Assembly (NCBI GenBank): GCA_964629655.1
Contig: CAZVQU010000003.1
Location: 17,613 to 81,612 of the forward strand
Origin: an uncultured Planctomycetia bacterium
GTDB lineage: Bacteria; Omnitrophota; Gorgyraeia; Duberdicusellales; 4484-171
DNA: 64,000 bases
Reading direction: 5' to 3'
The position numbers were made by a program, and so were the translations under genes. This document shows positions 36,933 to 45,582 of this stretch, in pieces. Position 1 is the first letter of the stretch. The number at the start of each line of letters is the position of its first letter. The notes under the pieces are model-generated. The model did not search any database. It was not told the origin of the DNA and was given only the letters and a program-made list of their open reading frames with translations.

Positions 36933-38744
36933 ATGAGTTTCGACGTATTTTACATGCAGATACTTTGCTTTGGCGTGCTTGTGCTGGCAGCTAATTTTGG
37001 CGGAAAGCTGACTCGACGCTTGCATATTGGAGAAGTTGTCGGACAGGTCCTCGGAGGGCTTATTGTTGGCCCGGTACTTCTTCTTTTCCTAGGAGATAAA
37101 ATTCCAGCCTACAAAACCGCATTAGAGGCACTACATTTTTTTACCTTTGCTTTTCTTTGTCTTGTTGTTTTTGGAATCGGCGGTGAGCATAGCATTGCGA
37201 AGCTTAGGCGCCTCGGCAAGGATGCATTAATTATATGTTTTGTTCAGGCTTTTGCTACTTGGTTTTGTGTAACTGCAACATTTTTTTTCCTAGGATTCAA
37301 GCCAATCGTAGCCCTTATTGTAGGAAGTATTGGAATTGCAACTGCGCCGGCGACAACATTCGTAATAATGAATAAGCTTGGGATTGCCGGGAAGATGCGG
37401 GATACCCTTGGGAGCATCGTAATCCTTGATGATGTAATTGAAGTTGTAATTTTTTCAATAATAGCACAAGCTGCTTTACTTCTTCAAAAAGGTTCAGAGA
37501 TGTCTTGGGCCAGTCTATCTTTTCCGGTTGTAAGAGAAGCCGGTTTTGCACTCCTGCTCGGGTTCGCTATTTTTATTGCTTTGCGTTTTACGATTAACCG
37601 CAGGTGGCTTGTGTCGAAAGAGGAGAGAGAACGAACCGGAACACCTCTCGGTTCAGAATTTTTATCCCGGCTTATCTCTGAGTTGCCGGGCCCGTCAGTC
37701 GATGTGTTTGTGATCGCCTGGGGTTTTGTTACTCTGGGAGTCGGCCTTGCCTTGCATTGGAATCTTCCCTTTTTAATCACTGCAGTCAGTGCCGGGATTT
37801 TTGTATCAAATTTTTATAGCCACCAAGTATTTAAATCACTGAGGATTGAAAATGCAACTTCAGTTTTTACGCTTATATTTTTCGCCCTTATTGGAGCCAA
37901 TGCTAACATTGAAGCTTTCCATCCCGAGAATTTTTTATTTATCGGTTTTTATGTTGCTGCCAGAACTTTGGGGAAAATGGGTGGTACTTGGCTTGGCTGC
38001 ATAGTGACGCATCAAAATAAAAAATTAAGGCATATTCTGCCAAAATTAATGCTTCCTCAGGCTGGAGTTGCTGCTATCGAGGCATTTTTTATTGCCGCTG
38101 TTCTTGGAAAGGATGGCCAGACCATTTTGGGCATCATATTGCCAGGACTTATAATTTTTGAAACAATCGGTGTTTTAACTTCCGAGCGGGCGCTCTTGAA
38201 GTGGCGCTCATGGGCTACTGGTGGTGGTGAGCTAATTGGCGAAGAGGATAAGATTAGAGAGTTGGTCGAGAAAGAAGAACTAAACATGAATAAACTTATT
38301 AAGCCGGAGTGCCTGCGGGTCCCCTTAGATGTGAGTTCAAAGGGTGAGGCTATTTGGGAATTGATACGCACACTTCAGTCTGTGGGTTTTATTCATAATG
38401 CCGGGAAAGTGCTTGAAATAATACTTCAGAGAGAAAGACAAGGCGGAACTACTCTTGGCCAAGGAGTTGCCATCCTTCACGGTAGAATTCCCGGCCTTAG
38501 CGAGCCTGCCGTTGCTTTAGGAGTTTTGCGAAAAGGTCACGGTATTAATTTTGGCGGCCAGGAAGATACCTCGGTCGATATAATTTATATGGTTCTTTCG
38601 CCTGAAGATAAACCTGAGCTTCATCTTCAGATATTAGCTACGATAGCAAAGTTTTTGCTAGACAGTGATGTTAGAACGTTATTACGCTATGCCAAGAATG
38701 AATTAGAAGCAATGAAGATTATTGATGAGCACTCTAGGAAATAG
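36933..38744 (+). CDS. Cation:proton antiporter (CPA/Na+-H+ exchanger domain) fused to C-terminal PTS EIIA(Ntr)-type domain
   Basis: About 400 aa 11-13 TM exchanger core. C-terminal CLRVPLDVSSKGEAIWELI...GQGVAILHGRIP...VDIIYMVLSPED resembles PtsN/EIIA type-2. Confidence 0.7.
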   Translation: MSFDVFYMQILCFGVLVLAANFGGKLTRRLHIGEVVGQVLGGLIVGPVLLLFLGDKIPAYKTALEALHFFTFAFLCLVVFGIGGEHSIAKLRRLGKDALIICFVQAFATWFCVTATFFFLGFKPIVALIVGSIGIATAPATTFVIMNKLGIAGKMRDTLGSIVILDDVIEVVIFSIIAQAALLLQKGSEMSWASLSFPVVREAGFALLLGFAIFIALRFTINRRWLVSKEERERTGTPLGSEFLSRLISELPGPSVDVFVIAWGFVTLGVGLALHWNLPFLITAVSAGIFVSNFYSHQVFKSLRIENATSVFTLIFFALIGANANIEAFHPENFLFIGFYVAARTLGKMGGTWLGCIVTHQNKKLRHILPKLMLPQAGVAAIEAFFIAAVLGKDGQTILGIILPGLIIFETIGVLTSERALLKWRSWATGGGELIGEEDKIRELVEKEELNMNKLIKPECLRVPLDVSSKGEAIWELIRTLQSVGFIHNAGKVLEIILQRERQGGTTLGQGVAILHGRIPGLSEPAVALGVLRKGHGINFGGQEDTSVDIIYMVLSPEDKPELHLQILATIAKFLLDSDVRTLLRYAKNELEAMKIIDEHSRK

Positions 38745-38810
38745 CGATATTAGTTACTACAATCGGCTTTCGCGTTTAAAATAGAAAAACAAGTAATACT
38801 TAAAGAGAGG

Positions 38811-39899
38811 GTGTGCATGCAAGAGGTTGTTCGTGAAGAACGGAATTTAAGTTTTTTCGAAAAATATCTAACGATTTGGGTTATCGGCTGTATTGGTCTG
38901 GGTATTTCACTTGGAAGGCTGTTTCCCCAAGTGGCTGTTGCTTTGGATAAGGTCTCTATATATCAGGTTTCAATTCCGATAGCAATATGCCTTTTTTTCA
39001 TGATGTATCCAATTATGGTCAAGATTGATTTTGCCCAAGTAGTTAAGGCCGGAAAGACTCCGAAACCGGTATTGCTTACCCTGTTCGTAAATTGGTGCAT
39101 TAAACCATTTACGATGATGGCTATTGCGACTTTATTTTTGGGAGTAATTTTTAAAGGTTGGCTGCCGGGATTCGAGGTTATCAAAGGGGGAGGGTAAGTA
39201 GAGCTATATCGATCGTATATTTCCGGATGTATTTTACTCGGTATCGCTCCTTGTACGGCAATGGTCCTTATTTGGGGGCATCTGTCTAAAGGTAATGACG
39301 GCCACACCTTGGTTATGGTAGCAATAAACTCCTTAACAATGTTATTTCTCTATGCGCCATTAGGCAGTTGGTTATTAGGTGTTAACAAAATGCCTATACC
39401 TTGGCAAACAATTGTATTATCGGTTGTAATTTATGTAGGGCTACCGCTTATTCTCGGGTATTATTCAAGGAGACTGATTATTGCTAGAAAAGGTTTTAAG
39501 TGGTTTGAAGAAAAGTTCATTCATCGTCTAACTCCGGTATCTATCGGGGCATTGCTTATTACCTTGGTTCTTTTGTTTTCATTTAAAGGGAATTTGATTA
39601 TTAGTCAGCCACAAATCATTGTATTAATCGCCGTACCGCTCTTTATTCAAACCTGCCTGATTTTCGGATTAGCCTATTTAATGGCTAGGTGGCTAAAATT
39701 TCCATACCGGGATGCTGCTCCTTCTGCGCTTATCGGGGCAAGCAATCACTTTGAGGTTGCTATAGCAACCTCAGCAATGCTTTATGGGTTATCATCAGGA
39801 GCGTCATTGGCTACTGTAGTAGGTGTGTTGATTGAGGTGCCAGTTATGCTCATGTTGGTCAGAGTATGCTTGAGGACTAAGCATATATTTGCTAGATAG
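38811..39899 (+). pseudogene. ACR3-family arsenite efflux permease interrupted by a single in-frame TAA (39195-39197)
   Basis: ORFs 38811-39197 and 39261-39899 are in the same frame. Read-through gives ...[34 protein letters not shown]..., restoring a roughly 362-aa ACR3 (N-term FEKYLTIWVIGCIGLGISLG; conserved GIAPCTAM). Confidence 0.7.
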
Positions 39900-40013
39900 G
39901 CCTGAGCCTGTCTTAGAAGATCCTGCTTGTGTTTCCTGGCAATAATGATAGAATAGCTAGCTTCATAATTTACAAAAAGACTAAACTAAATAGGAAAAAA
40001 GGCCAGTAAAGCA

Positions 40014-40958
40014 ATGAATATTGGAATAGCTAAGGAAATAGGCGCTAGAACCTTGGAACGCAGAGCGATTCTTTTACCAAGAGAGGTTGGTAAATTGGTT
40101 GAAGCCGGACACAAGATTTTTTTTGAGAAAGGTCTGGGAAAGGGCATATATATCAATGATTCTGAGTACAAACAAGCCGGGGCAGAGGTAGTTAGCCAGA
40201 GAAAGAACATTTTTAATAAATCCATCGTTGTAAAGTTGAAACCTCCACTGCCGCAGGAATTTGGATTACTAAACAATAATTTATTGTTCAGCATGCTTCA
40301 CGCTGAGCAAAACCCAAAATATATAAAGGCCCTAAGGAGAAATAAGGCTAAAGCTATTGCTATGGAGTTGATTCGAAATAGGGGCGGTGAGCGTCTTATC
40401 CAGTGTTCGGGTATGTCTGGCGAGCAAGGTATGATTTATGCTTTCTATCTTGCCGAAAAAAGCCCCAGTGAATGTAATGTTTTAGTTTTAGGCTATGGTG
40501 CTATTGCAACTGGGGCTTTGAGGGTCGCTTTTAGTCTAGGAGCTAAGGTCAAAGTTTTAAGGAAGCAAGAGTATCCTTACATAAAGCAATTTATTAAAGA
40601 CAAAGATATTGTGGTTAACGGCATCCAGTGGCCTAAAGAAAAAAGAGAGAAAAAGGAATATCTTATTACAAAGGAGATGTTTTCTCTTTTCAACAGGGGT
40701 GCGGTAGTTTTGGATCTTTCTGTGGACTATCCTAACCCCATTGAACCTTGCCATCCTTCCTTCCTTAACCAGCCGGTTTATGAAATTAACGGTATAAAGT
40801 GCATTAGTATATATGGTTATCCCAGGTTGGCACCTGTCTCCAGCTCTCGACGGTACTCAAAAAAAGTATTACCTATATTATTAAAAATTGCATCTATCCC
40901 GTTAGGAGAACTTCCGAAACATATCAAGGAAGCTATTGTTGACCCTGATAAATACTGA
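40014..40958 (+). CDS. AlaDH/PNT-family NAD(P)-dependent enzyme (N5-(carboxyethyl)ornithine-synthase / opine-synthase-like size)
   Basis: MNIGIAKEIGARTLERRAILLPREVGKLVEAGHKIFFEKGLGKGIYINDSEYKQAGAEV (AlaDh_PNT_N) and Rossmann VLVLGYGAIATGALRVA. 314 aa, shorter than alanine dehydrogenase. Confidence 0.6.
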   Translation: MNIGIAKEIGARTLERRAILLPREVGKLVEAGHKIFFEKGLGKGIYINDSEYKQAGAEVVSQRKNIFNKSIVVKLKPPLPQEFGLLNNNLLFSMLHAEQNPKYIKALRRNKAKAIAMELIRNRGGERLIQCSGMSGEQGMIYAFYLAEKSPSECNVLVLGYGAIATGALRVAFSLGAKVKVLRKQEYPYIKQFIKDKDIVVNGIQWPKEKREKKEYLITKEMFSLFNRGAVVLDLSVDYPNPIEPCHPSFLNQPVYEINGIKCISIYGYPRLAPVSSSRRYSKKVLPILLKIASIPLGELPKHIKEAIVDPDKY

Positions 40959-40964
40959 ATTGTT

Positions 40965-42029
40965 ATGAAAAAAACTCTTTTAATTATTGGAGATAGAAGA
41001 ACCAAAGGCCGTACGCTAGACCCTTCTTTTAATGCCTTTGCCAGAATCATTGAGAATTCCAAAGACAAAAATTTAGAGGCATATATCCTTAGTTATAAAG
41101 ATGTGTTTGAAGGCAATTTTCCTGAAGTGCCTAGTCCGGTTTTGACTATACTTTTATTTTTTCCGTATAAATATTGGGATAAGAATATTGAAGTATATGA
41201 AGATGACTCCAAAGTATACGGAGATAATTCATTTGGCCGAGAATTTCGGAAGTATTTCGAAAAATTAGAAAAGATTATAGGGAAAAAGTACCGCGATAAG
41301 AAAATTGAGTATGTTAATCCTCCCGATAAGTCAATTCTCGACAGGGATAAAGAAGAAACTAAAAAGTTTTTTCGGCATCACAGTATTCCCACTCCAAGGA
41401 GTTTCAATGTGAAGAGCCTAGGAGACCTTTACCGGGTCGTTAAACGGGGAATATCATTGTATGTAAAGCCAAGATTTGGCGCTATGGGCAAAGGCATTAC
41501 CTACCTCAGCAATGACTTGATGATTACAAACTTTTTGTTCCAAAAGGGTGAAATCATTAGCCATCCCTATGATTATCATTGGCGGTTTCACGAAGTTAAA
41601 GATAAGGATAAAGATAAGTTTTTAAAGATTCTGCTATCCCGGGGATTTATTTTTGAGGAAGCCATTGATCCCCCGATAAATAAGGGGAGGAGGTCTGATT
41701 TTCGGGTCTATTGTCTTTATGGAAAAGTGTCTTATTGTTACGCTCGGTCTACGCCGGCTGTCTCTCTGGTGACTAATTGGTCACAGGGAGGCAAGATTGT
41801 GCAAAAAAGAAAACTCTCCCAATATATATCTACTGCTAAATTAAATCAGGTTAAATCTCTAGCCCGAAAAGTTGCCAAAGAGCTTAAATTGAATTATACC
41901 GGAGTGGATATTATTTTTTCCAAAGATTACAAAAAGATTTATGCTTTAGAAGCCCATTCGTTCCCCGGGTATGAGCGAGGATTTGATTTGATGAATGACC
42001 TGGCCAAGAAGATTCTTAAGACAAAATAG
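40965..42029 (+). CDS. ATP-grasp fold ligase-like protein
   Basis: ISLYVKPRFGAMGKGITYL...FRVYCLYGKVSYCYAR...GVDIIFSKD resembles the ATP-grasp central/C-terminal domains. Confidence 0.5.
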   Translation: MKKTLLIIGDRRTKGRTLDPSFNAFARIIENSKDKNLEAYILSYKDVFEGNFPEVPSPVLTILLFFPYKYWDKNIEVYEDDSKVYGDNSFGREFRKYFEKLEKIIGKKYRDKKIEYVNPPDKSILDRDKEETKKFFRHHSIPTPRSFNVKSLGDLYRVVKRGISLYVKPRFGAMGKGITYLSNDLMITNFLFQKGEIISHPYDYHWRFHEVKDKDKDKFLKILLSRGFIFEEAIDPPINKGRRSDFRVYCLYGKVSYCYARSTPAVSLVTNWSQGGKIVQKRKLSQYISTAKLNQVKSLARKVAKELKLNYTGVDIIFSKDYKKIYALEAHSFPGYERGFDLMNDLAKKILKTK

Positions 42030-42102
42030 TTTGTCGGCGCGGGTAATTGTTCTATCCTACTCTTTATGAAAGTATGAGTTTGTCGATTTAAAGAAAAACA
42101 AT

Positions 42103-42849
42103 ATGAGAAATTGTCCAATCTGCCGTAGCCAAAACATCCAGTTATTATCTCCACAGGAACCCTGTTGTCATGATTATGTGTCATGCGATGCCTGCGGTCT
42201 TACTTGGGCGATTTTATCTGATGAAAATGTTATGGGACGAAATAAGGAGGCTCATGTGTCGCTTGGCGAAGATAGCAGTTCTTGGAGAAATCGCCGGTTA
42301 CTTTTCAATAACTTGCTGGAAAAAATAGGAATTGCTGATCTTGAGGTCTCTCTTGGAAGAAGGCCGAAGGTTCTAGATGTTGGTTGCGGAATAGGTGATC
42401 TTATGGAAGTTTTTCGATTCCGTGATTGGGATGTTTCAGGAATTGAAGTTAATTCTACTATGGTGGAATTTAGCCGAGATAAGGGACGTATTGTCGACAA
42501 CCTATCGCTGGAAGAAGTTCCCTTTGAAAACTTTTATTATGATATGATTTTCGCTTGTCATGTCATTGAACATCTCAGTGATCCCTTGCTTCTTTTTAAG
42601 AAAGCTAAGCAATTGCTTGCTCCAGGTGGGTGGTTGGTTATTGTTACTCCTGTCTACACTTATTTTGGCGATCCTAACACTATCTTTTTCTTTAAAGAAA
42701 AGAGCCTTCGGGTTGCAGGGAAGAGAACAGGTTTTCACTTTAAGTGGATGCATGTATATGAGGATGCGAATCCTGAGCATCAACATTGGAATCAAGGCGG
42801 GGTAGCAAACGGCATTGCCAGGTTTGAAAAGAAAGATGACAGTAGATAG
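42103..42849 (+). CDS. Class I SAM-dependent methyltransferase with N-terminal Zn-ribbon
   Basis: CPICRSQ...CDACGL then VLDVGCGIGDLM (motif I) and DMIFACHVIEHL. Confidence 0.7.
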   Translation: MRNCPICRSQNIQLLSPQEPCCHDYVSCDACGLTWAILSDENVMGRNKEAHVSLGEDSSSWRNRRLLFNNLLEKIGIADLEVSLGRRPKVLDVGCGIGDLMEVFRFRDWDVSGIEVNSTMVEFSRDKGRIVDNLSLEEVPFENFYYDMIFACHVIEHLSDPLLLFKKAKQLLAPGGWLVIVTPVYTYFGDPNTIFFFKEKSLRVAGKRTGFHFKWMHVYEDANPEHQHWNQGGVANGIARFEKKDDSR

Positions 42850-42900
42850 ATAGCGTAGGAACACATAGAAAAAGTCTACATTTGCACATTTTTACTGATT

Positions 42901-42947
42901 CCCGGTCCTTTCTTTACAAATCCTCTGAATCCTTTCATTATACTGTA
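42901..42947. repeat. Intergenic repeat family 1, copy a (about 47 bp; second copy at 50224-50272, about 80% identical)
   Basis: cccggtcctttctttacaaatcctctgaatcctttcattatactgta vs cccttggttccttctttacaaattctccaaacccttcctttttactgta. Both lie 50-70 bp downstream of a + strand stop. Confidence 0.5.
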
Positions 42948-43074
42948 GCCGTTATAGTATGAAATCTTAACTTCCCTGGAGGGAAACCCTTCTTTTCTAG
43001 CCTGCGGCTATCTTTAACATAGTTGATTCAAACGCAAAATAATTGTCTATTCGTAACATTTTGGTGTATAATTA

Positions 43075-45072
43075 ATGAGACAACAAAAAATTGTTCCCAA
43101 CACGTATAAAAACATGAAAAGGAAAATGAAAACTAAAAAGAAGAGGGTAGCCGGCACTATTGATAATAAGGATTTAGCCTATAAGTATAAGCTTTTTTCT
43201 GATCTCATGGCGTATATTCCCGATGTCATTTACTTTAAGGACAATAAGGGAAGGCTGCTTATGGTGAATAAAGCCTATGCTAGAGGTTTAAAGATACCGG
43301 TTAAAAACATCATTGGTAAAACAGATTTTGATTTTTTTCCTAAGAAGCGAGCCGAGATGATGACAAAAGATGATCAGTACGTCTTAAAGGGAGGTAAGCC
43401 GATTATCGACAAGATTGAACGCGCGACCCGGCCTGACGGAATCGATAATTATGTCTCAACGACAAAGATACCTCGCTATGATGATCAGGGGAAAATTATC
43501 GGCCTTATTGGCATTACCCGTGATATCACCCGAAGGATGCAACTTGAGCAAATACGGAAAGAAAAGGTGCATATTGAAAAGAAGGTGGAGATACTAGAGG
43601 GGATGAATAGATTCAAGTCGGAGTTTATCTCGTCAGTTTCCCATGAGTTGAGAACTCCTTTAGCAATCATAAAGCAGCTAGTTACTCTTGTTTCTAATGA
43701 GACAGTCGGAGAAATCAACAATAAGCAAAAAGAAATACTTACGAAAACAAAGAACAACATCGAACGTCTAAAAAAGATTATCGATGAGGTACTTGATATA
43801 TCGCGAATTGAAAGAGGAACATTAAAGTTTCATTATGCGCTAGTTAACCTTAACGACTTGGTCGAAGATTCTGCTGATTTCTTTAAGGAATTGACTAAAG
43901 ATCGGGGCATAACTTTAGATTATGATCTTCCGCAGAGGCAGGTAAATCTTTTTATCGATGGGGACAGGATAAACCAGGTTCTTTTTAACCTAATTGACAA
44001 TGCGATAAAATTCACGGAGGAGGGAGAAATTAAGGTAGAGGTTAAAGTTTTTGAAACTAAAGTCAGAATCGGTGTAGTTGATACTGGGGTTGGTATTGCT
44101 AAGCCGGGCATGACGGAGTTATTTAATAAATTTGCTCAGGTTTCCGAGATTGCTAGCGCCGAAAAAAAAGGAATAGGTCTCGGACTTTCTTTAGCAAAGG
44201 AATTGGTTGAAAGGCACGGCGGTGAAATTTGGGTAGAATCTAAATTAGGGGTGGGTAGTAAATTTTATTTTACATTACCTCGTTTCTACAAACGCGATAT
44301 TTTAGATACCCATATTAAGGAAAAAATAAATAATTCATTAGATAGGGGTAAGCCGATATACTTTATCAGCGTATTAATTGTTAATTATCGGGAATTTAAA
44401 CGAATGATTAAAGTGAAGCCGAAAAAACTCTTCACAGATTTAGAGGATATTATTGATCAGACTTTTAGCGAGGTTTGTAAATTTAAAAAAGAAAAGCCAC
44501 AAATTGTTACAATCGATATCCGAAACGGAGAATGTGGTATTATTTTTCCTAATACGACAGAGAAAAAGGCAATTATGGTTTCTGAGGTGGTTAGGGATCG
44601 GATAAAAACCTATTTTGCTAAACATAAAGTTAGAGGTGTTTTTACCACGGTAGGGGTTATGCCTTACTCTGAGCAGAGTAAGGCTTTGATAGCCAGAAAG
44701 CTTCCCGCGAATATCCATATGAAGGAGATATACATTGGCTCTAAACAGAGGCGTTTTGAGAGAGTTCTCTATGAGCCAGGCGTAGACATTATGCTTTCCG
44801 AGGATTTAGCGGAATCATCAGAGACTGTAGATATTTCAAAAGGAGGAGTTTGCATTATAACCAAAGCATCCCTTAAAGCAGATTCAGAGGTTAATATTAA
44901 ATTTGAACTCCCGAAAAATAAGAAAGTGATTCAGACCAAAGCCCGCGTAGCCTGGATAAGGAATTTAGATAGGGTGTTTGGGGAAAGCATTGCTAGGCGT
45001 AAGGTAGGTTTAGAATTTATTAAATTGAAAACCAAAGATCGGAGGTTTCTCTTAAAGGAATTAAAGTCATAA
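43075..45072 (+). CDS. PAS sensor histidine kinase fused to degenerate GGDEF domain and C-terminal PilZ domain
   Basis: HisKA ISSVSHELRTPL. HATPase GIGLGLSLAKELVERHGGEIWVES. GGDEF-like block VTIDIRNGECGIIFPNT (RNGEC in place of GG[DE]EF). PilZ motifs QRRFER and DISKGGVCI. Confidence 0.75.
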   Translation: MRQQKIVPNTYKNMKRKMKTKKKRVAGTIDNKDLAYKYKLFSDLMAYIPDVIYFKDNKGRLLMVNKAYARGLKIPVKNIIGKTDFDFFPKKRAEMMTKDDQYVLKGGKPIIDKIERATRPDGIDNYVSTTKIPRYDDQGKIIGLIGITRDITRRMQLEQIRKEKVHIEKKVEILEGMNRFKSEFISSVSHELRTPLAIIKQLVTLVSNETVGEINNKQKEILTKTKNNIERLKKIIDEVLDISRIERGTLKFHYALVNLNDLVEDSADFFKELTKDRGITLDYDLPQRQVNLFIDGDRINQVLFNLIDNAIKFTEEGEIKVEVKVFETKVRIGVVDTGVGIAKPGMTELFNKFAQVSEIASAEKKGIGLGLSLAKELVERHGGEIWVESKLGVGSKFYFTLPRFYKRDILDTHIKEKINNSLDRGKPIYFISVLIVNYREFKRMIKVKPKKLFTDLEDIIDQTFSEVCKFKKEKPQIVTIDIRNGECGIIFPNTTEKKAIMVSEVVRDRIKTYFAKHKVRGVFTTVGVMPYSEQSKALIARKLPANIHMKEIYIGSKQRRFERVLYEPGVDIMLSEDLAESSETVDISKGGVCIITKASLKADSEVNIKFELPKNKKVIQTKARVAWIRNLDRVFGESIARRKVGLEFIKLKTKDRRFLLKELKS

Positions 45073-45135
45073 CCGGGATAAGCTAGATTTAGGGAATAAT
45101 TGGATTGACCATAATAAAATAAAGGGAGTTATAGC

Positions 45136-45519
45136 ATGGATAAAAAGAAAATACTGCTTGTTGAGGATGAAAGAGATATGGCATATGCGGTAACCCTTCA
45201 GCTTGAAGCAGCAGGGTATAGTGTTGTCAATGCATATGATGGTTATGTCGGATTTGAAAAAGCGAAATCGGAAAGACCCGACTTAATAATTCTTGACCTT
45301 ATGCTTCCAAAGATCGAAGGCTATAAGGTCTGTCGGATGCTAAAATTTGACGAGGAATATCGAAAGATTCCGGTAATTATATTTACTGCCCGAGCCCAGG
45401 AGGCGGATAAAGAAATGAGCAAGACAGTTGGCGCTGATGCTTATATTACTAAACCATTTGACTCCGAAGTTCTGCTTTCAAAGGTTGAAGAGTTGTTAAA
45501 AGAAGTTCCTAGCCTGTAA
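45136..45519 (+). CDS. Stand-alone response-regulator receiver (CheY-like)
   Basis: KILLVEDE...DLIILDLMLPKIEGY...ITKPF. Phospho-acceptor Asp in LDLMLP. Confidence 0.8.
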   Translation: MDKKKILLVEDERDMAYAVTLQLEAAGYSVVNAYDGYVGFEKAKSERPDLIILDLMLPKIEGYKVCRMLKFDEEYRKIPVIIFTARAQEADKEMSKTVGADAYITKPFDSEVLLSKVEELLKEVPSL

Positions 45520-45582
45520 TTCTTTGATCTAGTGGTTTAGGATTCGCCTAAACCAGGTTCGCAAACCCCATCCTGAAGGAAT

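Noticed and set aside
38811-39899. Initial reading of ACR3 as a frameshift in the G homopolymer 39185-39194
   Set aside because: Frame arithmetic shows both ORFs are in the same frame. The interruption is a single in-frame TAA, not an indel.
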